The position numbers were made by a program, and so were the translations under genes. From positions 5,270,001 through 5,334,000 of the forward strand of contig OX597825.1 of the NCBI GenBank assembly GCA_951406725.2: 64,000 bases of DNA. The letters are read 5' to 3'. Below are positions 25,335-38,243 of this stretch, one piece after another. This DNA is from Octopus vulgaris (Eukaryota). How positions within the stretch are numbered: position 1 is the first letter of the stretch; each line of letters opens with the position of its first letter. The notes under the pieces are model-generated. The model searched no databases. It saw nothing but the letters and a program-made list of their open reading frames with translations, and was not told the origin of the DNA.

Positions 25335-26030
25335 AAATCTAAGCCAAGTGCATTAGATCCCCTGGAAGAAAGCTTCGAATGTATACAACACGAGGACGGA
25401 AAACGAACGAAGTACACGAACAAAAATACAGAATACGTGACAACAATAAGAATACAAAAACGTAAAAACAATAACGGTAAAAATAAAGTATAAAAAATAA
25501 ACAACAAAACAAAACCAGGACGTAGGACAAGGGTCTTTCGACAGGACGAATTGAGTATGGGGCTGGCTTATGAAGTTGTGCCTAATGGCCACAGGGAGAC
25601 GAACAAATACGTGTTGCTTCAGCGGCTGCTGGAACGAAAAGAGCGCTCAACAGCGGCTAGCGGTCACGTGAGAACAAAAGACAAGAGAAAGGGACAGATG
25701 AAAAGAGAGAGAAGGTGGACGAGGGAGGAGAAGAAAGAGACAGATCGAGGGGGCTGGAGGTGAGAGAGATAGAGAAACGTAGAAGGGGGGGAAGACGGAT
25801 GGAGAGGGAAAGAAAGGAGGGGGAATAAGGGAGGAGAGAGAGAGAGAGAGAGAAAGAAAGATTAAGAGTCGTATCAATGCTTGAGAAAAAAATATATTTA
25901 TCGTATAAGGACAATTGTGGATACGTAGCCGCCGATTATATAGGTAAACAGTAAAAATAATTACAGACATGGACAAGAACATGAAACGCCACAGAGACGA
26001 CACAAGAACCACAGGACGGGACATTCGAAG

Positions 26031-26119
26031 CCCTCAGTCATCAGTCAAGAACCAGATCATCTTAGCAATTTCGGCTGATTAATCTTGAGATTGCTCCGAT
26101 ATGGGCAGCCCGCCAAGGG
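26031..26119 (-). ncRNA. Second identical copy of the scrambled-order hammerhead-like motif
   Basis: Identical to 25246-25334, offset by 785 bp. Confidence 0.6.
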
Positions 26120-26129
26120 AAATCTAAGC

Positions 26130-26181
<52 letters not shown>

Positions 26182-26189
26182 CAAATATA

Positions 26190-26373
26190 TGCATATATAT
26201 ACATACATATAGGCACAGGAATGGCTGTGGAGTAAGTAGCTTTCTTAAGAACCACATGGTTCTAGGTTCATTCCCACAGCGTGGCACCTTGGGCAAGTGC
26301 CTTCTACTATAGCCTCGGGCAGACCAAAGCTTTGTGAGAGGATTTAGTAGAAGGAAACTGAAAGAACCCTTTC

Positions 26374-26429
<56 letters not shown>

Positions 26430-26620
26430 TTGTGTGTCTCCGTTCGTTCCCCCATCATCGCTTGACAAACGATGTTGGTGTGTTTATGTTCCGTAACTTC
26501 GCGGTTCGGCAAAAGAGACCGATAGAAGAAGTACTAGGCTCACAAAGAATAAGTCCTGAGGTCCACCTGCTCCAGCATGGCCGTAGTCAAATGACTGAAA
26601 CCAATAAAAGAATAAAAGAA
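26190..26620 (+). mobile_element. SINE family B, complete, with internal (TA)/(TG) tract
   Basis: GGCACAGGAATGGCTGTGG...CACCTTGGGCAAGTG...CCAGCATGGCCGTAGTCAAATGACTGAAAC. Confidence 0.85.
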
Positions 26621-26917
26621 TATATATATACACATATATATTTTTTTTTCTATACATCTATATATATATGCATATTACATATATACATATGTATCTACAC
26701 ACACACACACACACATATATATATGTGTATTTATATATCTATTTATATCCATACATACATATATATACATATTATATATATATATATATATATATCATGT
26801 ATATTATATATATATATATGCGTGTATGTATGTATATCTATCTATATATGTGTATATATGTATATATAAATATTACAAATATATATATATATATACATAT
26901 ATAAATATTATATATAA

Positions 26918-26986
<69 letters not shown>

Positions 26987-27259
26987 TATATATGTACTTA
27001 CATACATAAATAGATTAGCCCAGTGTTGAGAAAGTGCCACACCTCTTTTCGCTTGCTTTCCAGCTACTTTCCTGCTGAACATCTGTATGTGTTGCTTCAT
27101 TTATATTTTACTCACTCCTCCAGCAAATTAAGTATATTTTGGTTATGAAATGATGCTGAAAGGCTGCAAAGAAACAAAACAAAACAAAACAAAACATATG
27201 TAGATGATAATATGCTCCTCCGTGAGTACATATATGTGTGCTTTCACATGCATGCATAG

Positions 27260-27294
<35 letters not shown>

Positions 27295-27973
27295 TATATT
27301 CCCAGGCTTATATATTTATCCATCATATTTAATAATAACCCACTTTTCATGGCTTTTGATTTTTTTTCCGTTCCCCACTTCCTCGAACTACTACTACTAC
27401 CTCCACTACTATTACTACTACTACTACTACTGTCTTTTTCTTGTTCACATCCTTTGTAATGTAATCACTTGGCAATGCCTTCAACAGTGTTGGAGACTGG
27501 CATATTAAGTAAGAGAGAGAGATTGCGTGATATGATAATCTAGCGAAGATCAAAGGGATTTATCTGTGTCATAGATATACACATAAATAACAAGTGTCAT
27601 TTAAAGTAATCTCTTGCAGAGGAATGAATTACCAAAAAGACAAAAAAAAAAAAAAAAAGAAAGAAGAAGTGATTAATCTAAAAAAAAAATCTCACGAGAC
27701 AATAGTAGTTGCAGAAACAGAAACTGCGAAAGTGGGACAATTAGACAGAAAGCGAAGAGAAGAAATGTAAATGAAGAATATTACTTTATTTCAAAAATAC
27801 GTATTTGTGTCTTCGTTTGTTATCTCTTCACGTTTCAAGGACGTTGGGAATTAACAGAATAGTTACGAAGCTGGACTGAAAAGTTCATAGGCTGACTATG
27901 AAGGAGTGACAATAAGAGCTGTGAAATCCTGCATGCATCAACTTCAATACGCACTAATAACTGAATTGTTTTA

Positions 27974-28145
27974 AGGCGGCAAACTTGGCACAATCGGTAG
28001 CACGCCGAGTAAAAGTTTTTGGCGGCGTTTTCGTCCATCTTTACGTTTTGAGTTCAAATTCTACCGAGGTCGACGTTGTTTTTCATCCTTTTGGGGTAGA
28101 TAGAATAAGTACCAGTTGAGCACTAGAGTCGATGCAATTGACTTA
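27974..28145 (+). mobile_element. SINE family M
   Basis: GGCGGCAAACTTGGCA...GAGTTCAAATTCTACCGAGGTCGAC. Confidence 0.75.
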
Positions 28146-28384
28146 CCTTTGGTTGTAAGTTTTAGCCTAAAAATATAATTTATATTCCGGAAAATACAGT
28201 AAATTTCATGGCTATCATAAGCAAACGATTGGTATCGTAGAAAAAAAATTTGGAGTATAACTGTCTAAATCACATATGATATCTTCTATGTTCCGAGTTA
28301 CGGTAAAATCAACTTCGACTTTCATTTCAATAGGTTTCATAAAACAGTTGCCATATAATGGTGTCGATTCAATTGACCGGGGTT

Positions 28385-28735
28385 CTTCTGAAAGATCTCT
28401 GGGGTAACGTTGATCAACAGAGTGGGTAGCTCAGAGCTCGGAGAGTTTCTATAGGTCGAGCCGCTACTTAACCGAATCGAAAAGTTACAGGCTCTAGTGC
28501 TATGGACATGTGATTACAATGTCGCAGTAAAAGATTGTAAGACGGATTCTTCAAGCCGAGCCAACCATTCGGGGATCTAGGGTTAAAAGAAGTGCAGGAT
28601 GATTGGATGATATTCATAGTTTTATGTGCTCGCGCTTCGGAATCTAGCAAAAAGTAATGGCGGTTGCTTCCGGTAGGACACTACGGAAAAGATGCCTATC
28701 CCCAAGACCATTCCAGGAATAGCGGGTGGCGAAAT
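28385..28735 (+). pseudogene. RTE-clade LINE 3' end remnant
   Basis: KISGVTLINRVGSSELGEFL*VEPLLNRIEKLQ..CYGHVITMSQ*KIVRRILQAEP resembles the RTE C-terminal region (LRWFGHV-type motif). Confidence 0.65.
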
Positions 28736-28766
28736 AGATTCAATTAAATGCATCTCCTTCTGTCTA

Positions 28767-29020
28767 GTGGAGGCGCATGGTCTAGTCGTTAGGGTGTTAG
28801 ACTCATGATCGTAAAATTACGGTTTCGGTTCCTGGATTGGGCAACTCGTTGTGTTCTTGAGCAAAACATTTCATTTCATATTATTCTATTTCATTCAGCT
28901 GGCAAAAATGAGTAATCCTGCGAAGGACCGGCGTCCCGTCCAGGTGGGGGAGATTATGTACGCCATGGAAACCGGAAAACTGGCCCTTATGAGTCTGTAT
29001 GACTCGGGAAGGTAACTTAC
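28767..29020 (+). mobile_element. tRNA-derived SINE (family C)
   Basis: GGCGCATGGTCTAGTCGTTAGGG head, GTTTCGGTTCC B-box-like sequence, CCTGCGAAGGACCGGCGTCCCGTCCAGG body. Confidence 0.7.
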
Positions 29021-29105
29021 TTGCTTGAATCTCTCTCTTCCTCACAAAGAATTTGTGGACTTGCACCAATAGGAAAAATAAAATCTATCCTCACACACTC
29101 TCACT

Positions 29106-29149
<44 letters not shown>

Positions 29150-29200
29150 CTATCTCTGTCTCTGTCTATAGCGCTATCTCTCTGTCCATTCCTCTCTCTT

Positions 29201-29255
<55 letters not shown>

Positions 29256-30307
29256 TATACTATTCCAAAACATTCAATAAAGTCAACTTAGTCTTTCATT
29301 TAATTGGGATTAATAATATAGTCACACAATCGTGTCGAATTAATTTTCTCTCACCCAAACACAAATTTGTAGATTCACTTCAGTTTTCTTTCTTTCTTTC
29401 TCCCTTTCTTTCTTTATATATTTATTTGTTTATTTATTTATTTATTTATTTATTTCTCTCTATTTATCTATCTTCTATATGAATCTTCTTTGACATTCAC
29501 CCTCTCACTACCACCCACCTATATTGCTTGTTTCACTGTGTTTCTCTTTATTGCTACTCCATCATGTCTCTCTTACTTTTCCCTATTCAACCCTTTTACC
29601 AACAACCAGCATCCAGCGAACACTGGCTCACTTCTATTATTCCCTTCACCACCCTTCTTCTATTCTTATTATCAATCTCTTTCTTCTCCGTATCTGTGGT
29701 ACTGATGCTGGTGCTGGTGTCTGTGTAGGTGATGGTGGCGGTGATGGTGGTTACAGCAGTGGTGATGATTGTAGGGGTGGTGGTAGTGGAGGTAGTCGTT
29801 GCTATACTGACACATCTCAAGCAATTCTGAGTTTCATTTCTCATTTATGGAAATCTGATATGCTCGTGTGCCTCTCTAGCAAAATCTTTCTCAACAGTTC
29901 ATTGGCTTTCCCTTGATATGAAGAGAAAAAATAGCTAAACAAGCCACTCTCAGAATCGTAGGTTGACATTATGTAAATGGTCGGTTAGGTTAGAGTTAAT
30001 GTTCGCTAGATATAAAAAGATATAAAGCAATTCCGAATGTCCCACTTTCTCATTACCATCTCAATTGAGAATACATTATTAATCACATACAGCAGCTTTG
30101 CTTGGCCACAATTTCAGCGTTTATAATAAGTATATATAAATATATATATCTATTAAATGTAATTATATTATCAATGGGAGAGTGACGAAAGGTAACGTTG
30201 CAATTTATATAAACTTAATATAGAACGACTGAATATATTATTAGCTGCGGTTAAATAATCATTTTAGTCAGCTAAAGTACTCTACACCTCCAGATGTCAA
30301 ATAATAC

Positions 30308-30308
30308 A

Positions 30309-30343
<35 letters not shown>

Positions 30344-30652
30344 GACTACTGCTGCTGCTGCTATTGTTGTTGTTGTTAAACAACAAGACGAGTAAGGGTG
30401 ATTAGGTGATGGTCTAGGGCTTAGGGACGGGAAACCAGAGACCTTGGAAAAAAATAACTTTGGTCGTCTTGCTGTTGTCGAGGTTTCTTCGTTGACGCTC
30501 GACACCACTGGGAGGTGGCCCTCGAAGTCGCTGGAAATGGAGATCTCCAGGTCCAAATTCTTGAACGGCTGCTGCTACTACTACTACAACTACTGCTATT
30601 ACTGCTGCTACTACTATTGCTACTATTACTGCTACTACGACTGCTACTACTT

Positions 30653-30723
<71 letters not shown>

Positions 30724-30733
30724 ACTACTACTA

Positions 30734-30771
<38 letters not shown>

Positions 30772-30895
30772 AGTACCACTGCTTCTACAACTGTTACTAT
30801 AACTACTACTACTACTACTACTACTGCTGCTGCTACTACTGCAACTACTACGACTGTCGCTACTAGTATTGCTGCTGCTGCTACTACTACTACTA
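30308..30895. repeat. (CTA)n/(CTG)n trinucleotide tracts flanking a ~180-bp complex island
   Basis: Read directly from the sequence. Confidence 0.9.
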
Positions 30896-31268
30896 TACAC
30901 TTGGCAAAACTCAAGGGCTTTAGTAACCCTGAAACTTTAATATGATTTCCACGAGCTTATCAACTCTCATTACATATATTTAATAACGATTTTTCACTTG
31001 GCTTAGACAAGGAGGCTAACTGCTAAAAAGCGGTAATTGTCATTCACTGGCGCAATTCTAGCGTATAACTGGTACTTGAAATTCCAACAGAGAAGTAATG
31101 ATGGTTGCTTCTGGTAGGACCCTATGGAAGAATAGCCTGAGGACTTTATCCCCCATAACCCTCTTAGGAACATTAGGCGTTAAAAATAGAGAAGAGATTC
31201 AATCAGTTGTATCTTTTCTACCTCACAAAGAATCTGTGAACTTAAAAGAAATTTATCCTCACACACTC

Positions 31269-31327
<59 letters not shown>

Positions 31328-32334
31328 ATATTTCCCCGCTAGCGATATAAACAAGTGTACATTTTGCACCAGAAGATTATATGAGAATTTCCTTTGTGGT
31401 ATCTTTCGCATTATAGTATATTCTAACGGAATGTACTCGTTTAAGTGACGATAAATATTGACTCTGTCGCTAAGATATATTTTTTTAAAAGCTCGCTGGC
31501 TAATCATAGCACTAGTGCCTCTTCTGGCACTGATTTTCTCTTCATCGCTGGCAGGGAGATGAATCGCTGCTATCTGTAGCGGTCGAGCGTCCATCACCGA
31601 TGATACCAAGGAAGGTTGAAATCATGCGATCTGGTGGTCTCGCCGCTGGAGTTGGTGGAGATTTATCTCCCCGCAAGCGATATGAACAAGCGTGCATTTT
31701 GTACCAAAATGAGAGTTTCTCTCTTGATAACTGCCACAGTAAAGTTTGTTTTAACGGGACATCCACGTTAAAGTGGGAATAAATATCACCGCTCGGCATT
31801 AAAACTACCTCTGTCACTAACATATAACTGGTACATGTGATTGAGAGGCAAACTTCTTACCGTGTGTAATGTGGTGTGTGTGTGTGCGTGTGTACACATA
31901 AATGTGTATCTGTGTGTATATGTGTGTGCGTGCGTGTGTGTGTTTGCGCGTGTGTATGCATATATGTGTGTGTATGTGTGTGCATGGGTGCGTGTGTGTA
32001 TGCATGTATGTGTGTGTGTGTGTGCGTGCGTGCGTGTGTATGTTTGCACGTGTTTATGCATGTATGTGTGTATATGTGTGTATATGTGCGTGCGTGTGTT
32101 TGTGTGTGTTTGTCCTTATACTGAAGTCTCATTCCTGAACATGCTTTTATGTCTTAAGAACCAATATATTTGAACTGTTATGTTGGAAGCCATTATCTAA
32201 TCAAGCAATCAGAGAGTTTATACAAGCAACGAGAGATCCGTATCAAAGTATGTCGCATTTATAATTTAATCCTCAACATTTTTCGATATCAGAAATTCAT
32301 ATCTTGATACTTCAGAGTTTCCAATTTATATCTC

Positions 32335-32810
32335 ATGAATGTGAATAGATTGTCATCTCCAAAGATATCAACCTGCTCAGTCATATGGGCACGATTGTTG
32401 TCGAAGTTCGTTGGTGTTTTTATTTCAAAGTTTTATATATATTCTTTTTTACAAGTATTTATTTCCTGGGGAAGACTGTGTATGACACCATCCTTGTTAT
32501 ATTTCAGTCCACACCTCAGTAGTTTCCAAAATATAAATTATCGATTGAATCTCTCAGGAGATGCATCTAATTATTCATAGCAATTTGTTGCACTCAGAAA
32601 TACCCGTGCGTATACATTCTACAAGATCATTTGTTTAGATATGTTCAGAGGCTTATACGAACGTATTTACACACCTCTAGATTTCTATGTATAATGATAC
32701 ATTTTTTTTTTAAATCATATTTCTTCAGGTTTAACCTTTCGCTAGATTCAGCGCGTATGTCACATAGTAACATTAACGCATTCTCCAGTGACATTAATGA
32801 TGTAGAAAAC
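32335..32810 (-). pseudogene. Highly decayed LINE (RTE-like) fragment
   Basis: Weak translated remnants such as LLCDIRAES..LNLKK and ETTEVWT, with many disablements. Confidence 0.3.
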
Positions 32811-32908
32811 TGTATTGGTAGGACACAATGCTACCAGTAAGTGTCGGAAGTTAGCTTGCTGTATCTTTGGCCAAGACACTTTTAACGGTTCTATCAGGCT
32901 TCTAGTAA

Positions 32909-33528
32909 CTCCTTTCTACACTAGACACAATGCTCAAAATTTTGGGGGAGAGGGCCAGTCGATTAGATCAACCCCAATACGCAACTCGTATTTAATTTAT
33001 ATTCCCCGAAAGGATTAAAGGCAAAGTCGATCTCGGCGGAATTTGAATTTATGTATTTCATGCTATTTGCACCGTTGGTGACACCCAGTACCATATTATT
33101 TTCTACTCTAGGCACAAGTCCCGAAATTTTGAGGGAGGGAGCCAGTCGATTATATCGACCCCAGTACGTAACTGGTACTTAATTTATCGACCCTGAAAGG
33201 ATGGAAGGCAAAGTCGACGTCGGTGGAATTAGAACTCAGAACATAAAGACAGACGAAATACCGCTTAGTATTTTGCCCGGCGTGCTAAAGCTTCTTATTT
33301 CTTTACTACCCACAAGGGGCTAAACACAGAGGGGACAAACAAGGACAGACATAGGAATTAAGTCGATTACATCGACCCCAGTGCGTAACTGGTACTTATT
33401 TAATCGACCCCCGAAAGGATGAAAGGCAAAGTCGACCTCGGCGGAATTTGAACTCACAATGTAGCGGTAGACGAAATACCGCTAAGCATTTCGCCCGGCG
33501 TGCTAACATTTCAGCCAGCTCGCCGCCT
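32909..33528 (-). mobile_element. Array of three SINE family M segments
   Basis: Three GGCAAAGTCGA..TCGG.GGAATT.GAA blocks. The array is flanked by TCAGG(C/T)TTCTAGTAA direct repeats. Confidence 0.85.
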
Positions 33529-33542
33529 CAGGTTTCTAGTAA

Positions 33543-33875
33543 ATGTAACAAGGCAAGTATTGTAGCCTTTGACATCGAAAGCATTTGGCATAGTTTAGCA
33601 AAAATGGAGGCCTCCACAATTTTATATCGTATGGAATTTCTGGAAAGGTCTCTGGTACTCTTGAATGTTTATATAGCATTAAAATGTTTTAAACAGATAT
33701 CATTCTTTTAATTACCCCATTTCATCTCATGTTCTGGGTGCAATTCTCTGTCCGACCTTTTTTTCAGTTTTCATAAATAATCTTTCCGATGATGTCATGC
33801 GTAACCCAACCAACTGCAGCTCTGTTGATACTTCTGTATGTCCTTGCTTGAATGAGAAGTCCGGTTTGTTGGACG
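33543..33875 (+). pseudogene. CR1/L2-type LINE RT remnant
   Basis: ASIVAFDI..AF, SYGISGKV, GAILCPTFF..FINNLSDDV resemble RT motifs A-C. Confidence 0.55.
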
Positions 33876-34234
33876 TAACTGGTATTTAACTTATCAACCC
33901 CTCGACTGGACCCCTCCCCCAAAATTTAGGGCTTTGTGCCTAGAATATAAAAGGATATAACTCACCCTCTTACTCTCTTGTTTCATAGAGGCCCTGAAAG
34001 GATCTATGGATGATGTCAATAGTTTGCAGTATCTGTTCCGGCTCTCTACGTTCCGTGTTCAAATATCCCACCGCGGTCTACTTCAACTTACATCCCTCTA
34101 AAATCGAATAAACTAAAGCACTATTCTCAGTACTGGTGCCAAAGTTAAGTACTGATCCAACCCGTTCCTCTCAAAATTATTGGCTTTCCACATAAATCAG
34201 AAATGGTTATGTTAAGCCTGGCAAGGTCTTCAAT

Positions 34235-34454
34235 CTTAATATCCTTTCGACTGGAAGCACAAACCCTCAAATTTGGGGGAAGAGATTAAGTCGATTGCAT
34301 CGACCCAAGAGTTTAGCTGGTATTTATTTTATCGACCCCGAAAGGATAAAAGGCAAAGTCGACCTCGGTGGAATTTGAACTCAGGACGTAGCAACGGGAG
34401 AAGTACCGCCAAACATTTCACCCGACGCGCTAACGATTCTGCCAGCTTGCCGCC
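34235..34454 (-). mobile_element. SINE family M
   Basis: Ends GCTAACGATTCTGCCAGCTTGCCGCC. Confidence 0.85.
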
Positions 34455-34486
34455 TTCTTCACTCTTAATATAATTTACTCTCTCAT

Positions 34487-34700
34487 GGCGGCAAGATGGC
34501 AGAATTGTTAGCACGCCGGACACAATACTTAGCGGCGTTTCGTCCGTCTTTACGCTCTGAGTTCAAATTCCGCCGAAGTCGACTCTGCTTTCATTCTTTC
34601 GAGGTTAATGAAATAAGTACCAGTTGATCACTGGGGTCCATATAATACATTTAACCACTTATCCAAGATTTGTGCCTTTGTACTAAGATTTGAAATCAAT
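34487..34700 (+). mobile_element. SINE family M
   Basis: Begins GGCGGCAAGATGGCAGAATTGTTAGC. Confidence 0.85.
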
Positions 34701-35398
34701 ATGAGTTACTCTCTATTATATTTATAGACACCCTCAAGGCTCTGAAATGACACATGGATGATGTCGATTTTCTGACAAAGCCTTTACGAAAATAAACGAT
34801 AATTGAACAAACCTAGTAGCTCCCTTCTGCTTTTTACTCACCAAAATTTGTCACACTTTACTTCAACTGCAATCTCGTTGCAACTTGGATATTGCTATAA
34901 AAACCTAAGAAATAAAACATTGCATTTCCTCTATTCCATATGTCATGTGACCATTGCATCAGATGACACTAATTGTAAAGAAATATTTTACTTGTATTAA
35001 TTCCGATTTCCTTATTTTCTTTTTCTTTTTACGTTTTTTTTTTTTTTCAATCATTCTTTATAAAACAATACATCCGTCGCACTATGAATTGTTTCACTGC
35101 GATCAATACTTCCGCCTTCTGCAGAAAAGCAGGTTTACAAAAGGTGGATGCTAAATAGGTTTCTATCGGCAAATCAATCAATGAAGTAAGAACGGAAATA
35201 TTTCTAATTTCAAAAATATCACATGCCTCTAGTAATTAAATTATGACACGAACTTTTGATTTCAACTCGGATTTTTATGCATTTTTATTTGAAAAAGAAT
35301 TCGAGAATAAAGGTGCACTTTTAATCGGATATATAGAACATATAAGATACGCTCCTCCCACACACATCTATACCTATATATCAACCGATATATATATG

Positions 35399-35456
<58 letters not shown>

Positions 35457-36037
35457 TATATGACATATATTACGCACGCATATAAATATATGCTTGTGTG
35501 TGGTACATGGTGTGTATGTACTCCATCATGCTGGTAAAACAAAAAATTCTGGATTCTAACCATCTATTTAAAGCAATGTATGTCAGCTCAGAAAATAACA
35601 GAATCATGAGATTCGGCGTATTCTTGGCAATAGGAAACGCGTACATTTATTTTCGCAGCATAAAATTCTAAAGCCTCGAAGCGATGAATTCTTGAAAAAC
35701 TTTTTCAGCTGCTCATTGGTTTTGGAAATCGTTTTTGTAAGAATCTGTCCTGATGCTTCATAAAATGACAATCAATTCAAGAGAGTTATTGGGAATAACG
35801 TGGCAATGGTAGAATATCATAACCCTGTTCATCCAACTTCTTAATACATGCATATAAGCATGCATATATACATACATACACATATGCATGCATACACACA
35901 TACATACATTCAGTCATACATATATATATATGCATGCGCGCGTGTGTGGGTAGATAGATATACACACACACTAACATACATTTTTACATATATTGCCATG
36001 ATAGATTGTTAGCCTCTCCTTGCTTATTTCTGTGTTC

Positions 36038-36073
36038 CTTTCTGTCGAAGAGCGTAGGCTCGAAATGTAAAAG
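36038..36073 (+). ncRNA. Degenerate minimal hammerhead in a truncated element (36003-36088)
   Basis: cttt-CTGTCGA-a-gagc(gtag)gctc-GAAAT-GTA-aaag, near-identical to 3058-3093. Confidence 0.55.
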
Positions 36074-36089
36074 ACATTCTCACTCCCAG

Positions 36090-36246
36090 ACTTTCTACTC
36101 TAGGCACAAGGCCTGAAATTTTGGGGGAGGGGGCTAGTCGATTAGATCGATCCCAGTACACAACTGGTACTTAATTCATCGATCCCGAAAGAATGAAAGG
36201 CAAGGTCGACGTCGGCGGAATTTGAACTCAGAACCTAGACAGACGA
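36090..36246 (-). mobile_element. SINE family M, truncated
   Basis: TTCTACTCTAGGCACAAGGCC...GGCGGAATTTGAACTCAGAAC. Confidence 0.8.
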
Positions 36247-36482
36247 AGGAAACAATGCAGTTATTAATAAGCTGATAAACTTTTCAGCCCACCCTCGTAC
36301 ATGTGTGTGTGTGTGCGTGTATGTGTGCGTGTGTGTGTGCGTGTGTGCGTGTGTGTGTGTGATTCTCTGAAATGAAATCAAGATGACTGCGTCTCAACAA
36401 AAGGACTTAGTAAATACTCATCCTGAAATGGGGATGCAATGAAACAATTGTCCAATTATAAAGTATTTAAGCATGAATCCGG

Positions 36483-36547
<65 letters not shown>

Positions 36548-36859
36548 CGTGTGTGCGCATGTGCGTGTATTCTATAATACGTCACTATGTTCTCATGCGA
36601 AGAACTGGTAGACTTGGCTCTGCTTACATTCAAGAGATAACAGTATGTTTGTGTAATGTATCGTTTCGTCTTCTACTTGTTTTCGTCAGCAGACTGCGGC
36701 AATGCTGGAGCACTGCCTTGCAAATTAATTAGTCGAATGTAAATACCCCAGGACATTTTATTTAAGCCTCGTACTTAATTTACCGCCACCTTACGGAAAC
36801 CTAAACATACAAACAGTACTTACTGCTTGTGAAACGATGATGATGAACAGAGATACACA

Positions 36860-36904
<45 letters not shown>

Positions 36905-37618
36905 GATGGGCTTCTTTCAGTTTCCTCAACCAAAGCCACTCACGAGGCTTTAGTCAGCCCAAGACCATAGAAGGTACTTCCTTAAGGTTCGACACAGTGA
37001 GACCCAACCAGATATCATGTGGTTGGGAAGCGAACTTCTTACCAGAGAGCCACGCTTGCGCGCGTGTATATTTATATATATATATATATATTACAAGATT
37101 CTTACAAGATTCTTACACACCATATGTCTATATTTCCTAGCGGGTGTGTAGTACTGCTGAGAACCGTCTTTATGTATAAGATACAGATATATAGATGTGT
37201 GTGTATGTGAATATGCACAATATATATATATATATATGTGTGTATACATGTATGTATTTATGTATGTATGTATGCATGTATGTACACACACACATACACA
37301 CACACAGTGTGTGTTAGAAGTGTGATGGTGAGGATGGAAGAGAGGGCGACGATAGAGACTGAGTTTCCTACGTATGCATATTTAACCATGAGAAAATGAC
37401 GCCCTTCACTGGAATGCTCGTGTAATAATCTAGTTACCCGGGTTACTGGGACAGACACAGATATATCCAGCCTTGCTCCACAGTGATTACCCTAACCTAA
37501 ACATTGTGAACCAATGTCAGAAGCTTCATTGTTAATTACCAGATACTTTTTTCCTGCATTCTTTATACTTTCTGCTTTCTTAATTTTTACTGTACTGCCT
37601 TTTGTTTTTCCTTATCAT

Positions 37619-37666
<48 letters not shown>

Positions 37667-38112
37667 TCTTTCCTTCGTTCGTCGGTTACTTGCTGAGAGC
37701 TGAGGTTTGCTTTTGCAGTTTTCATACAATGACACTTTCTTTTCCTTGTAAATTAATCTCATCCTTCGTCTTTTTTTGGTTTTTCTGTTTTTTCTTCTGT
37801 ATCTGTTTTCGTTTTATTCTTCTTTCTCTTTCTCCATTTTTCTTGTTTCTCTGCTGTCTTGTTTTCATTTTCCTTTTCTTTTTTTTTCCTTTTCTCTGTT
37901 TTTTTTTTGTTCTATATATATTTTGATTTTCTGTTGTTGTTTTTTTATGTCGCTATTTTTTGGTTCCTGCGAATACTATGCTTATATTATCACGTAGCAG
38001 ATTTCGAAGAAGAACTGAAGAATCTTTTATTCCATTTTTCTTTTACTTTTTCGCTGATTTTTAATATTTTTCAACCAATGTATTTAACTCTCTCTCTCTC
38101 ACTCTTTATACA

Positions 38113-38175
<63 letters not shown>

Positions 38176-38202
38176 TTATCTATATCTATATCTATCTATC
38201 TA

Positions 38203-38243
<41 letters not shown>

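Larger units (their letters stand above)
25158..26132 (-). mobile_element. Retrozyme-like element: 785-bp unit plus a 190-bp terminal direct repeat, inside (TA)n
   Basis: 25158-25347 and 25943-26132 read as identical. (TA)n lies on both sides, there is no coding capacity, and each repeat holds a hammerhead-like motif. Confidence 0.75.
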
